64,000 bases of DNA from Nanobdellati archaeon (GCA_019429005.1 JAHYJR010000001.1:168663-232662), one strand, 5' to 3'; shown: positions 19,912 to 30,769, counted from the stretch's first letter. Made by a program: numbers and translations. The notes: a model not told the origin generated them from the letters alone.

Positions 19912-20783
19912 TTATGGGCAATTTTAACAATTTGTTCCGCTTTTATGAAGGAGAAGAAAAACAAGCAGTTATTCTTACCTTTGGTGTTGGTTTAATTATT
20001 TTTATTTTAAATCTATTTCTCTTTTATGGGAAAACTACTTTTGTGATTTATAATACTATCTTTGGTTTTGTTGCAGTTATTATTGCTCTAGGGCCCTTTG
20101 CTTATTTTCAATATAAGAGTTATAGGATTTCAAAAGAGATTGAATCAAATTTTTCATATTTTTTGATAGGTGTTTCAGAAGGTCTTGAAAGTAACATGTC
20201 TCTTCCAAATGCGTTAAAATACTCAGCTAAAAACGATTACGGTGTATTGGATCCTTATATAAATAAGATAATTTCGCAAATATCTTGGGGTGTGACCTTA
20301 GATAAGATTTTAATTGATTTTGCAGATCGTGTCAACAATCCAGTAATTAAACGTTCTGTTTCAACAATAATTGAAACGTATAATTCTGGAGGTAATCTTG
20401 CATCATCACTTTCAGCAGTTGCAAGTTATGTTACTGAAATTGAAAAAGTGCGTAATGAACGTTTGTCAAGACTTTCAAATAATATGCTTCAGAATTATGT
20501 GATTTATTTTGTATTTCTTGTAATCCTTGTGGGAATACAACAGATATTGCTTCCTATTTTCATGAAAAGTGGTTTTGGTGTAGTGTCATCAGCATCTTAT
20601 GGTATATCACTTTCACAGCTTTATTCAGTGCGGTTTAGAGATCTTGCAGTTATGCAGGGATTATTTTCAGGCCTTATAATTGGAAAATTATCATCGGGCA
20701 CACTTGCATCTGGTTTAAAACATTCAGCCATAATGGTATTTATTGGTTATGTTGTACTTACGATATCCTCCGCATTAATCTGA
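19908..20783 (+). CDS. Type II secretion system F (TadB/C-like) platform protein
   Basis: SQISWG, SGGNL, QGLFSGLIIGKL...GLKHS. Confidence 0.88.
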   Translation: MIMGNFNNLFRFYEGEEKQAVILTFGVGLIIFILNLFLFYGKTTFVIYNTIFGFVAVIIALGPFAYFQYKSYRISKEIESNFSYFLIGVSEGLESNMSLPNALKYSAKNDYGVLDPYINKIISQISWGVTLDKILIDFADRVNNPVIKRSVSTIIETYNSGGNLASSLSAVASYVTEIEKVRNERLSRLSNNMLQNYVIYFVFLVILVGIQQILLPIFMKSGFGVVSSASYGISLSQLYSVRFRDLAVMQGLFSGLIIGKLSSGTLASGLKHSAIMVFIGYVVLTISSALI

Positions 20784-20802
20784 TTATGAATATATTTATA
20801 GT

Positions 20803-21029
20803 GTCTCTGTTAAGTATATGTATTAAGTGTATCTGTGATACAGATAGCATAATATCAGACGTAGAAAGTCTCTGTTAAGTATATGTATTAAGTGTATCTG
20901 TGATACAGATAGCATAATATCAGACGTAGAAAGTCTCTGTTAAGTATATGTATTAAGTGTATCTGTGATACAGATAGCATAATATCAGACGTAGAAAGTC
21001 TCTGTTAAGTATATGTATTAAGTGTATCT
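20803..21029. repeat. Perfect 65-bp tandem repeat, 3.5 copies
   Basis: Unit starts at 20803, 20868, 20933, 20998; 32-nt GTCTCTGTTAAGTATATGTATTAAGTGTATCT x4 separated by an identical 33-nt segment x3. Confidence 0.97.
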
Positions 21030-21090
21030 CTAATCAATAATTCAATCAATTAAAAAGAGTAAAATACTAAAATCTCAAAAGGTTAATTTT

Positions 21091-21591
21091 ATGGTTTACA
21101 GACGTAAAGGTGCATCAACAATTGTCGCAACAGTTATTCTTGTTGTTTTTGTGATGGGTCTTTCTGCAATGGTGCTTACTTGGATACAGGAATCTACTAA
21201 AGAATCTATGTTGCAAGCAGATGACCAACGTGCAGACATTCTTGATTGTTCTGGTGGTAATGTTAAAATTGATTCTGTGTATATTTCTAATAATAGTGGT
21301 GTTTATAATTCAACAATTGTTGTTATAATTGATAATAATGGACGTGCACCATTTAAACTTGAAGAAGTGACTTTATGGAATACGACTGGTAGTTATTGTA
21401 CACTAGATACATCTCAAACGAGTTTATCTTCTGGTGACACCATTTCATTATTAAATAATTCTTGTTCTGTATTGGATGCTATCAATTGTTCTGGTTTCTA
21501 TAAAATTAAAGTCACGACAAATTGTGTTGGTGTTTCAAGCGAATTAACAAATTTAAATGATGTTATTTGTAATGGTGTTGTATTAGGGTAG
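21091..21591 (+). CDS. Archaeal type IV pilin
   Basis: Class III signal RRKG/ASTIVATVILV, hydrophobic helix, paired Cys. Confidence 0.85.
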   Translation: MVYRRKGASTIVATVILVVFVMGLSAMVLTWIQESTKESMLQADDQRADILDCSGGNVKIDSVYISNNSGVYNSTIVVIIDNNGRAPFKLEEVTLWNTTGSYCTLDTSQTSLSSGDTISLLNNSCSVLDAINCSGFYKIKVTTNCVGVSSELTNLNDVICNGVVLG

Positions 21592-21600
21592 TGGTTTTTT

Positions 21601-22086
21601 ATGGTCTGTTCAAGAAAAGCGATATCACCACTAATTGCATCTGTATTTTTAGTTGTATTTACTATAGGTCTTTCTGCTATGCTTGTTGATTGGATGAATA
21701 CTTATAATCGGGAATTGACTCAAGATGTGCAGATTTCAAGTAAAAGTGTTATGGATTGTATAAAAGTGAATCTCAATATAGATAAGATTTATCTTAATGT
21801 GAGTAACAATGGTAACGATTCTATAAAAGCACTTATCATGAATAATGGTCCTAGTGTCAATATTGTTTCAGCTTATGCTTATAGTGTAGATGGTTCAAGA
21901 TGTGTGCTTTCAAATCCAATAAAAACAATTAATCAGGGTATGTCACAGTTTTTAATAAATGATACTGGTTGTGATATTTACAATAATAATGTATCTTGTT
22001 CAGACTTTTATTTTGTAAAACTCATGACTGATTGCGGTGCAACAGCTGTATTCGAAGCACCAAGAACACCTGATTGTGTAAATTGA
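21601..22086 (+). CDS. Archaeal type IV pilin
   Basis: RKA/ISPLIASVFLV class III signal. Confidence 0.87.
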   Translation: MVCSRKAISPLIASVFLVVFTIGLSAMLVDWMNTYNRELTQDVQISSKSVMDCIKVNLNIDKIYLNVSNNGNDSIKALIMNNGPSVNIVSAYAYSVDGSRCVLSNPIKTINQGMSQFLINDTGCDIYNNNVSCSDFYFVKLMTDCGATAVFEAPRTPDCVN

Positions 22087-22258
22087 AATGCTTTGTATAA
22101 CACTGCTAAATAATATTTATTCAATTATGACCTTAACTAATGATTATAAAAATTAACTAACTATTATAAGTACCATTACCGAATAAACAGTAAATCATAT
22201 ATATCAAGCTCATACAAAATACTTAATACCTATTAGATATTTTTTTCAGGTTATCGTC

Positions 22259-22774
22259 GTGTCCCAGTTTCATAAATCATCAAGAAAAGGTCTTTCGCCA
22301 CTTGTAGCAGCAACACTCCTTATAGCTTTTACGTTATCTAGTGCAGCAATACTTACTGTGTGGGTTACAGATATTACAAATCAACAAAAAGCAGAATCAA
22401 CACGGTTTGAAGAAAAGATTGCATGTGCGGGATCAAATATCCAAGCAAATCTGGATTTTGCTAAATGGGATGCCGACAATACAACTTTTTCAATTTATAT
22501 TAGAAATAAAGGTGTTAATACTATTTTGATTGATGAATATTTAGTCTGGTATGAGTTCCGTTCAACCCCGGTTTATATTGATGCATCTGATCTGAAAATC
22601 GAAAAAGATAAGGCTATAATGTTAGACATTAATGTTTCAAAGGGTGTCTCTGATTTTGGTTATATAAATATTAGTGAAGCAGGAGAACCAATAAAAATTA
22701 AATATCTGACGACTTGTGATGGTGTTTTCTCTCAAGTTCAAAGACCCATGTTGGGTTGGAACACTGTTAGTTAA
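22259..22774 (+). CDS. Archaeal type IV pilin
   Basis: RKG/LSPLVAATLLIAF class III signal. Confidence 0.87.
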   Translation: MSQFHKSSRKGLSPLVAATLLIAFTLSSAAILTVWVTDITNQQKAESTRFEEKIACAGSNIQANLDFAKWDADNTTFSIYIRNKGVNTILIDEYLVWYEFRSTPVYIDASDLKIEKDKAIMLDINVSKGVSDFGYINISEAGEPIKIKYLTTCDGVFSQVQRPMLGWNTVS

Positions 22775-22817
22775 AACTTAATATGACTCAATTATTTATA
22801 TTCTTAAGACCTAAAGT

Positions 22818-23261
22818 ATGTTTATGTCTGGAATTCAAAAAAGGAAAGCCATATCTCCATTTATTGCGGCTGTATTTCTTATTGCAACAACTATATTTAT
22901 AGGTGGGTTTACGGCAACGTGGATTAAAGACTTTTCAAAAACACAAACAGAAACCGTTCTTAGTAACACAAATACGGAATGTAATTATGTATATCTTAAC
23001 CCTATAAATCCTAGTTTACTGAATGGTACCTTTTCACTTATAGTTCAAAATACTGGAACTGGTTCAACAACCTTAAGTGATATTCAGATAATCTATGATA
23101 ATAATACACAACTTCAAAAATCGTTATCCTCTATTGAATTACGAGGTTTAGAAATGGCACCAATATCAATTTATAACGTTAGCAGTAACATCTATATGAT
23201 AAATATAATATCTGATTGTAAAACTCTAAGTATTTATTCTTATGATATCTCGTTCATATGA
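22818..23261 (+). CDS. Archaeal type IV pilin
   Basis: RKA/ISPFIAAVFLIA class III signal. Confidence 0.87.
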   Translation: MFMSGIQKRKAISPFIAAVFLIATTIFIGGFTATWIKDFSKTQTETVLSNTNTECNYVYLNPINPSLLNGTFSLIVQNTGTGSTTLSDIQIIYDNNTQLQKSLSSIELRGLEMAPISIYNVSSNIYMINIISDCKTLSIYSYDISFI

Positions 23262-23326
23262 TATTTCCGTCATATGATTTTTAGTTTCTTATGTAATTAT
23301 TTAAGCAATATTGTATAACTATATTT

Positions 23327-23728
23327 ATGCAATCTTATCCGGTGCGTAGTCGTAAAGCTTTTGTAAAAATATTAGAAGTATCAATTGCATCTTTTATCTT
23401 ATTTATATTTATTGCTCTTTTTTCGGTTGTGGATGATATGGCCTATGATTTGATTGATCTTGAAATGACTGTGTACGAATCTTTTGAATACTTATACTTA
23501 TCTGGAACTCTCGGCCAATTCGCAGTATCTAGCAATCTTACAGGTTTTAACGACTCGTTTAGAGCTGTTGTATCTCCGATATATAACTTTGATGTTGGAC
23601 TAAAAAATAGCACAGCCTATATTGTACCACAATTACCAGATAAGTCAGATATCTATGTGTACCAATATCTTGTTTCAGGGTCCGATACAACATTTTCTCC
23701 GACTGTATTTAGTCTATATGTATGGTGA
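23327..23728 (+). CDS. Minor pilin-like protein
   Basis: RKA/FVKILEVSIA followed by hydrophobic helix. Confidence 0.65.
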   Translation: MQSYPVRSRKAFVKILEVSIASFILFIFIALFSVVDDMAYDLIDLEMTVYESFEYLYLSGTLGQFAVSSNLTGFNDSFRAVVSPIYNFDVGLKNSTAYIVPQLPDKSDIYVYQYLVSGSDTTFSPTVFSLYVW

Positions 23729-23732
23729 TGTT

Positions 23733-24314
23733 ATGGGTAAAAAGGGTCAATATTATATAGTTGGAGCAGCAATCCTAGTGTTTGTATTAGCATCTTTAAT
23801 AGCTTCAAAAGGTTATGACGCACAGTCTCTTGCAAGTGACACCAATCAATATGTTTTTGACAACCTATATATAGATCTAGCACACCTATCTAATGTGATT
23901 ATCGCTGAAAATAGAACAACGGAATCTATGGAACACTCTCTTGGGTCTTATTTTAATCTCACAAAAGATTTTGTAAAAAATAAGAATCTGTTTATTGAAG
24001 GTTATATGTTTGTAGGAGTTCCTTATGAAAATAGTTTAAATGTAACTATTGTTAATTTGTATAATGCTTCTTTTTCTGATATGAATTTGAATATTTCTTC
24101 AATATCTAGTTTAACAACAATTCCTGCAGAATCTATAAAAACAGTTTCATTTGTTGATGTATTTAATACAACATCAGAAATTGAAGTATCTTATCGTATT
24201 GTTGAACTTGATGAGGGTTTAAGTTTTAATGTAACACAAAAAACGTTTTCAGTATTCCGTTTGACACTTATTGGTCCTGGAACAAAGATAACTTCCCTTG
24301 AAAAACGTCTATAA
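23733..24314 (+). CDS. Minor pilin-like protein
   Basis: Likely start 23733 after GGTGA: MGKKG/QYYIVGAAILV class III signal. Confidence 0.7.
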   Translation: MGKKGQYYIVGAAILVFVLASLIASKGYDAQSLASDTNQYVFDNLYIDLAHLSNVIIAENRTTESMEHSLGSYFNLTKDFVKNKNLFIEGYMFVGVPYENSLNVTIVNLYNASFSDMNLNISSISSLTTIPAESIKTVSFVDVFNTTSEIEVSYRIVELDEGLSFNVTQKTFSVFRLTLIGPGTKITSLEKRL

Positions 24315-24363
24315 TCAGAGAGTTTATGTTAAAAATCTTAACTTTAATATATTGCCTTGAATA

Positions 24364-25521
24364 ATGTTATATATGCGAAAAGCAATATCACCTTTAATTT
24401 CTGGAGTGTTGTATACTGGAATATTAATAATGGCAATATCTTTTGTTTTATCTATGGTAGTTCCAGCTATTGATAATCTCGCAGATACTCTTAAAGTTGA
24501 TACTTCAAAAGACATGATGTACTCAATAGATCTTTATGTGAATAAGGTTGCGTCATCAGGTAAAGGCTCAAAAAGGACAATCCCTATTAGTTTTGAAATA
24601 GGAACCTTAAATGTTGATACTGAAAAAAACAGGATTTTATTTTTAGCCGATGTAGATACGAGGGATATTGCACCTAGAACCTCTTTATATCAAGGGAATG
24701 TTAAGATTAGTTCAAATGCAAACACAAATTTAAGTTATTTTAATAATTCCTATGTTCTTGAAAACGAGCATCTTAAGGTCACACTTTTTGGGAATGGCAC
24801 TATTTTACAACCTCAATATATAGATTTTAATAACATTATAGAATCAATCTATATGAAGGAAGTTGAAGAAAATCTAACAGGTATTGGATTAAATGTTGAT
24901 GGCCTTAATGATGCGTATTGTTGGTCTGAAGCTGTAACTGGAATAAATTTAGGTCGTGCTCGTGTAATCCAGCATTGTAATTCGTCAAATCTCTTATTTG
25001 ATGTATATATAGTTCTTGAATCTAGTGCAGATTATTTATCAGTCTCTATAAAAAATCCAAGCACAGAATATACTAATGTTTCATTGGTTATTGATTCTAC
25101 ACATATAAGTTCGTCTGTTTTAGATTCTGGAAAAATATTTATCACCTCTGAAAAATCAGATTATGTTATCGCACTTGTATCTGATTCTTATGCTGTTACT
25201 TCAAGCACTGCGTCCTCAATATCAATGACACAGGAATTTGATAGCAATGAGTTTTATGTTGTGTTCACTCAAGGTAGCAATCAAATAGTGCGGTCTAGAT
25301 TGGATTTAGTTGCATCTGGGAAATTTGATTTGTATTATGATCCTAGTTTTGCTTTTAAGATGTCTGATAAAAATCATATTGAATTTTCTTTAGATTATAC
25401 TAATGATAATATTAATCTTAGCGGAACTTCACTACTTCTTAGGCCTGGAAATTATATGTTATCTATTGAAAATAATGGTAGTTTGGGTAATTATATTACT
25501 ATTCTATTAAAAACGGTTTAG
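24364..25521 (+). CDS. Large pilin-like/adhesin protein
   Basis: RKA/ISPLISGVLY class III signal plus long beta-rich domain. Confidence 0.75.
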   Translation: MLYMRKAISPLISGVLYTGILIMAISFVLSMVVPAIDNLADTLKVDTSKDMMYSIDLYVNKVASSGKGSKRTIPISFEIGTLNVDTEKNRILFLADVDTRDIAPRTSLYQGNVKISSNANTNLSYFNNSYVLENEHLKVTLFGNGTILQPQYIDFNNIIESIYMKEVEENLTGIGLNVDGLNDAYCWSEAVTGINLGRARVIQHCNSSNLLFDVYIVLESSADYLSVSIKNPSTEYTNVSLVIDSTHISSSVLDSGKIFITSEKSDYVIALVSDSYAVTSSTASSISMTQEFDSNEFYVVFTQGSNQIVRSRLDLVASGKFDLYYDPSFAFKMSDKNHIEFSLDYTNDNINLSGTSLLLRPGNYMLSIENNGSLGNYITILLKTV

Positions 25522-25528
25522 TGATTTT

Positions 25529-26638
25529 ATGGGACGATACGGTACTACATCAATTGATAATGTGATTAGTTTTGTGCTTTTCTTGGGTATTGTAACAATT
25601 ATAATGTTTTATGCAGTTGAGTTATCCGATTCAAATCATATTGGTCTTTCAGATGATTACGTTTCTCTATGGGGTCGTTATATGGAACCACAAGATTCTT
25701 TTAATCTGTATATTGTACCTGTGTATGTAACATCAATTAAAACAATAGCTAATTACGCCATAAATATTACTAGTAATTATAATACTGATTTTAATCCAGA
25801 TTCAATAACTGTTTTTGATTCAAATTGGGTTGAAGTGCCAAGCATTTATAATACGTCTTTATTTTTTTCAAGTAATTTAACGAGTGGTAATAACCTATTT
25901 TATATTGGTTATTCAACTGATTTTAGATTCACTGAACTATCAATGTTGACAGATATAACTTTTTCCGAAAGTTGGATTAACAATTCTAAAATCAGTCTTA
26001 ATTTTACTCAAAGTGGTATGTCTAGTATGATTTTTAATGGTAGCGAATTTTTAACAACTGGCATTTATTTTGACAATACTTCTTCATTTTATATGGAAAA
26101 TCTTTCAGTATTACATTCTGTATTTTTTGAAAATTTGACTGTACGTATGTATCCTAACACGTCAAGAATATTTGTAGAAACGAACATCCCTAAAACAATT
26201 ATTTTTAATATAACGGATGTGTTCGACAGGTTTTATAATGGTTCAGTGAATCAATTTAATGAATCATTATATGAATTATTTACTTTCAATACAGGGTTCC
26301 TTGATATGTATTCGACAACAAATTCAAACGGAATTGCTTTAATGGGGGATAATATGTCTATAATTATAGAAAATCATATATCTCCTGCACAAAAGACTAT
26401 TTATTTATCAGGAGTATCTTTTTTTGAAGTCTATTTACACAATTCAGATTATCTGCAAGCACTTGACGAACTTGATATATTTTTCACACCGCCAACTATT
26501 ATGCTTGGTTCTACTGAACTATTAAAAGATATAACGAACAATTTATTCATAGATTATAGATATAATGATACTAACAATAATACTCTTTTTGGTATACCTA
26601 AGATTGATTCATTTATGGCACGAATAGATCTTGAGTAA
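25529..26638 (+). CDS. Large minor pilin-like protein
   Basis: RYG/TTSIDNVISFVLF atypical class III-like N-term; many N-glycosylation sequons. Confidence 0.55.
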   Translation: MGRYGTTSIDNVISFVLFLGIVTIIMFYAVELSDSNHIGLSDDYVSLWGRYMEPQDSFNLYIVPVYVTSIKTIANYAINITSNYNTDFNPDSITVFDSNWVEVPSIYNTSLFFSSNLTSGNNLFYIGYSTDFRFTELSMLTDITFSESWINNSKISLNFTQSGMSSMIFNGSEFLTTGIYFDNTSSFYMENLSVLHSVFFENLTVRMYPNTSRIFVETNIPKTIIFNITDVFDRFYNGSVNQFNESLYELFTFNTGFLDMYSTTNSNGIALMGDNMSIIIENHISPAQKTIYLSGVSFFEVYLHNSDYLQALDELDIFFTPPTIMLGSTELLKDITNNLFIDYRYNDTNNNTLFGIPKIDSFMARIDLE

Positions 26639-26858
26639 TTGTGTGTTATAGATTACATTTTGCATTTTGATTTAGGATTTATAATTCTGTGTATGTTATG
26701 TACAAACGAATATTTCAATTATTTCTAAGTTATATTAATTCTTAAAAATAAAATTAACAGTTAGATTAATACTTAAATTAATAATTTATCGTTAAATTAA
26801 TAGTAACTATTTAACATTTTAATGTGAATATAGGTATTATACGATGTGTGTGATTATT

Positions 26859-28181
26859 ATGTCTTCTCAACAATTAAAAAAAATTCTTGATGATTTGAAA
26901 ATAGTTATCGGTTCAAAAATCGTTGTTAAAACAAAAGATACTATTTATGAAGGTATTCTTATGCCTCGTTCTGAGCTTTCAGATCAAAACACAATTGTTA
27001 TGAAACTTGATAATGGATATAATGTAGGGATTCTGTATACTAAAGATGTTTCAATACAAGCCTCTAAAACCAAAGCTATTGTGAGAACTTTAGGTAAACA
27101 GAAACAAGTAAATCAGAAATTCGATCCCAAAAAACCAAAGATTTCTCTTGTATCAACAGGGGGCACAATATCTGCGCGTGTTGATTATAAGACGGGTGGT
27201 GTTTATTTCCTGATGGACCCTGAAGAAATTCTTTCAGGTGTACCCGAACTTAAAGATATAATTAATCTTGACAGTATAAAAAGTCCTTTTAAGGTAGGTA
27301 GTGAAGATATGTCACCAAAGGATTATATAGTTCTTGCAAAAACCATAGCAAAAGAGCTAAATTCTGGTGCAGATGGTGTTATTGTAACACATGGTACTGA
27401 TACACTTCATTATACGAGTGCTGCATTATCTTTTATGCTTAGGGATCTTTCAAAACCCGTCGCTCTTGTTGGTGCTCAAAAATCCTCAGATCGAAGTAGT
27501 TTTGATGGTGCAATTAATCTAATCTGTGCTGCACGGTATGTTGCAAGTGATATGGCTGGTGTTGCTGTTGTTATGCATGGTAGTCTTAATGATGATTATT
27601 GTCTTGTAACGCCCGGTACTAAAGTTCGTAAGATGCATACTTCAAGACGTGATGCATTTAGGCCTATAAATGCATTGCCTATTGCAAAAATTTGGCATGA
27701 TGGTAAATGTGAGATAATTGATAAGGCTTATAAGAAAAAGTCAGATTCAAAAGTTACGCTTGATGCAAAGTTTGAGGATAAAGTTGCGATTGTGCATACC
27801 TATCCTGGTGCGAAAACGGACATTTTAGATTTTTATGTTGCTAATAGGTATAAAGGTATTGTGATTGGTGCAACTGCTTTAGGTCATGTGCCTTCATCAT
27901 GGCTATCTTCATTAAAAAAAATGATTGATGCTGGTATTTCTGTTGTTATTGCGTCTCAGACTTTATATGGTAGTACACATCCTCATGTATATAGACAGCT
28001 TATTGAATTGGATAATATTGGTGTTATTTTTGTTAAGGATATGCTTCCAGAAGTTGCTTATATAAAATTAGGATGGGTTCTTGCACATGTTACAAAATCT
28101 GATGATGTTAAAAAGATGATGCTTGAAAATTATGCAGGTGAATTTACAACGTGTTTAACGCTTAATATGTTCCTTTATTAA
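26859..28181 (+). CDS. gatD: Glu-tRNA(Gln) amidotransferase subunit D
   Basis: KLDNGYNVG, STGGTISARVDY, HGTDT, RKMHTSRRDAF. Confidence 0.96.
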   Translation: MSSQQLKKILDDLKIVIGSKIVVKTKDTIYEGILMPRSELSDQNTIVMKLDNGYNVGILYTKDVSIQASKTKAIVRTLGKQKQVNQKFDPKKPKISLVSTGGTISARVDYKTGGVYFLMDPEEILSGVPELKDIINLDSIKSPFKVGSEDMSPKDYIVLAKTIAKELNSGADGVIVTHGTDTLHYTSAALSFMLRDLSKPVALVGAQKSSDRSSFDGAINLICAARYVASDMAGVAVVMHGSLNDDYCLVTPGTKVRKMHTSRRDAFRPINALPIAKIWHDGKCEIIDKAYKKKSDSKVTLDAKFEDKVAIVHTYPGAKTDILDFYVANRYKGIVIGATALGHVPSSWLSSLKKMIDAGISVVIASQTLYGSTHPHVYRQLIELDNIGVIFVKDMLPEVAYIKLGWVLAHVTKSDDVKKMMLENYAGEFTTCLTLNMFLY

Positions 28182-28231
28182 GATTTATGTTAATATTATA
28201 ACAATGTGTCATATGACACAAAGGTGATTAT

Positions 28232-28819
28232 ATGATTGATAATGCAATAGAAAATACGCAAATATTTGTGTCTAAAAAGATGGGTCAAGACCCACTTTTT
28301 GGGTATCTTCATGCTGAGCGGGTTCGTATGAATGCACTTAAGCTTGCTGAAACGTTAGGTGGTAATAAACAAATTGTTCAGATTGCAGCACTTTTTGATG
28401 ATATATCTTTTAATAAAAATAATGTTGAGACTCATGCTATTGAAAGTGCCAATATCGCTAAGACATTTCTTGAACACGAACTTAAATTTCCAACCGTTAA
28501 AATTAATGCAATCTTGAATATAATAAAAAAACATGAGCGACGTGTGTGGTCTGAGGATTTTAAACCTGAAACTCTTGAAGAAAAAATTGTATTTGATGCT
28601 GAAGTGATGGAACGTGTGTCTGCACTTGGTTTTGTCAAATTTATACATACTGCTGGTACTCTTAATTTTAATAGTCGGGAATTGATAAATCTGCTTAATG
28701 ATTTTATTGAAAATAATTATTCAGCTATATTTTTTGACGAGACTAAGAAACATCTTGAATGGGATTATAGGCTTGTTGGTACAATGCTTAAGAATATTAA
28801 GACTGAATGTGAATTTTAA
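28232..28819 (+). CDS. HD-domain-fold protein with degenerate metal site
   Basis: HAERV...AALFDDI...HAIESA...KKHE...PETLEEKIVFDAE. Confidence 0.7.
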   Translation: MIDNAIENTQIFVSKKMGQDPLFGYLHAERVRMNALKLAETLGGNKQIVQIAALFDDISFNKNNVETHAIESANIAKTFLEHELKFPTVKINAILNIIKKHERRVWSEDFKPETLEEKIVFDAEVMERVSALGFVKFIHTAGTLNFNSRELINLLNDFIENNYSAIFFDETKKHLEWDYRLVGTMLKNIKTECEF

Positions 28820-28834
28820 GTTATTGGTGTATAT

Positions 28835-30709
28835 ATGGTATCTCACGATTATAAAAAACTAAATTTCAAATGTGGTTTGGAATTTCATCAAGCTCTTGAT
28901 ACTGGAAAATTATTTTGTTCTTGTTCAAGTAAACTTTCTGAAGAATTGTTTGTTACTTCAGTTGAGCGTCGTCTTAGGCCTGTTGCTGGTGAAACAGGAA
29001 ATGTGGATCCTGCAGTTCTTTTTGAATCCTTTAGGGACCGATCTTTTGTTTATAATATATATGCAGGTGAATCTTGTCTTGTTGAGTTGGATTGTGAACC
29101 TCCGCACCCCGTAAACGCATTGGCTTTCGATGTTTCACTTAAGATTGCTTTGATGCTTAATCTTGATATACCTCATGAAATATTTTTTATGCGTAAGACT
29201 GTTAATGATGGTTCAGCAACATCTGGATTTCAAAGAACTGCTTTAATAGGTACTGGTAATATGAATTCAATAATAAAAAGTTCATTTGGTGATGTGCATA
29301 TAGAAAATATGAGTCTTGAAGAGGATGCTTCAAAAATAGAAAAACGTGAAGGTGCTAAGGTTTATTATTCTTTAAGTCGTTTGGGTATACCTCTTGTTGA
29401 AATAGGTACTGCACCTGAGATAAAAACACCTGAACATGCTTTAGATATTGCAAAAATTATAGGTACTTTTTTGAGATCTTTTAATGAAATTAAACGTGGT
29501 ATTGGGACTATACGTCAAGATGTGAATATCTCAATCGCTGGTGGTGAACGGATTGAAGTTAAAGGTTGGCAAGATTTAAATAAATTACCGCGTTTGATTG
29601 AGAATGAAGTTTCAAGACAAATTTTTTTAATTGAATTTAAGAATTATTTGGTCGAGAAAAACTTCACTGAACTAAAAACGAATTCAGTGTGTGATGTGAC
29701 TGATATATTCAAGACTTCAAAATCTAAATTAGTATCTCGGATGTTATCTGGTGATTCTGTTGTTCTCTCTCTTAAACTTGAAAACTTCAGTGAACAATTA
29801 AAACGTGATGTCTGTGTTGGTAAGACTTTTGGTAAGGAATTAGCTGAGTATGCTATGGCTTATGGTGTTAAGGGTATGATCCACAGTGATGAAGATCTTT
29901 CAAAATATGGTCTTGAAACTGAATTCAAAACACTTTCAAAATATCTTGACGCGAAAAAGAATGATCTTGTTTTAATTATAATTGAATCTGAATCTGTTGC
30001 AAAAAAAGCGATAAATTCTGTAATAGATCGTATTAATTATTGTCTTGTTGGTGTTCCTAAAGAGACTAGGGTACCAAATCATGTGCTTGCAACGACTAGT
30101 TATGCAAGACCCTTACCTGGTTCAGATCGTATGTATCCTGAAACTGATGTCGCATCTATTGTTATTGATTCAATTACACTTAACAAAATTTCAAAAATGC
30201 TTCCCGAAACTCTTGATGCTAAACGGCAGCGTTTTGAGGCTAATTTAGGTATTAATGTAGAATTAGTGAATGCGTTAATATCTTCTAAATATTTGTATCT
30301 TTTTGACATTTTATCTTCAAAATATGCACCTGTTGCAAAAGAAATTGCAAACTGTTTTGTGAATACTCTTTTTGATTTAAAATCTCGTGAAAATCTTGAT
30401 ATTGCTTTATTGGATGATATCTTTTTTGATGAGCTTTTTAGTCTTTTGATAAAACAAAAAATTAAAAAAGCAATAATTCCTTATATCTTGTCTGAAAAGA
30501 TAAAAACACCTAATAAAACCATTTTAGATATATTAAGTGGTGTCGAAACAGTCTCTGATGTGGAAGTACTATCTGTAATCAAAAAGTTGATTTCAGAAAA
30601 CAAAGATGTATCAAAAAATGCGATAATGGGTATGGTTATGGCTAAGCTTCGTGGCAAAGTTGATGGAAAAGTTGTTTCTGATTTGGTTTTGAAACAATTT
30701 CAAAACTAA
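28835..30709 (+). CDS. gatE: Glu-tRNA(Gln) amidotransferase subunit E
   Basis: GLEFHQ, KLFC, DGSATSGFQRT, RGIGTIRQDVNISI, RPLPGSDRMYPETD. Confidence 0.96.
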   Translation: MVSHDYKKLNFKCGLEFHQALDTGKLFCSCSSKLSEELFVTSVERRLRPVAGETGNVDPAVLFESFRDRSFVYNIYAGESCLVELDCEPPHPVNALAFDVSLKIALMLNLDIPHEIFFMRKTVNDGSATSGFQRTALIGTGNMNSIIKSSFGDVHIENMSLEEDASKIEKREGAKVYYSLSRLGIPLVEIGTAPEIKTPEHALDIAKIIGTFLRSFNEIKRGIGTIRQDVNISIAGGERIEVKGWQDLNKLPRLIENEVSRQIFLIEFKNYLVEKNFTELKTNSVCDVTDIFKTSKSKLVSRMLSGDSVVLSLKLENFSEQLKRDVCVGKTFGKELAEYAMAYGVKGMIHSDEDLSKYGLETEFKTLSKYLDAKKNDLVLIIIESESVAKKAINSVIDRINYCLVGVPKETRVPNHVLATTSYARPLPGSDRMYPETDVASIVIDSITLNKISKMLPETLDAKRQRFEANLGINVELVNALISSKYLYLFDILSSKYAPVAKEIANCFVNTLFDLKSRENLDIALLDDIFFDELFSLLIKQKIKKAIIPYILSEKIKTPNKTILDILSGVETVSDVEVLSVIKKLISENKDVSKNAIMGMVMAKLRGKVDGKVVSDLVLKQFQN

Positions 30710-30769
30710 TTTAATTTTATATTGATATTTTTTAAAATAAGAACTATACTATAAAAAGGATAATTTAAC

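Noticed and set aside
20803-21029. CRISPR array
   Set aside because: All three spacers are identical and no cas genes are in the window; it is a tandem repeat.
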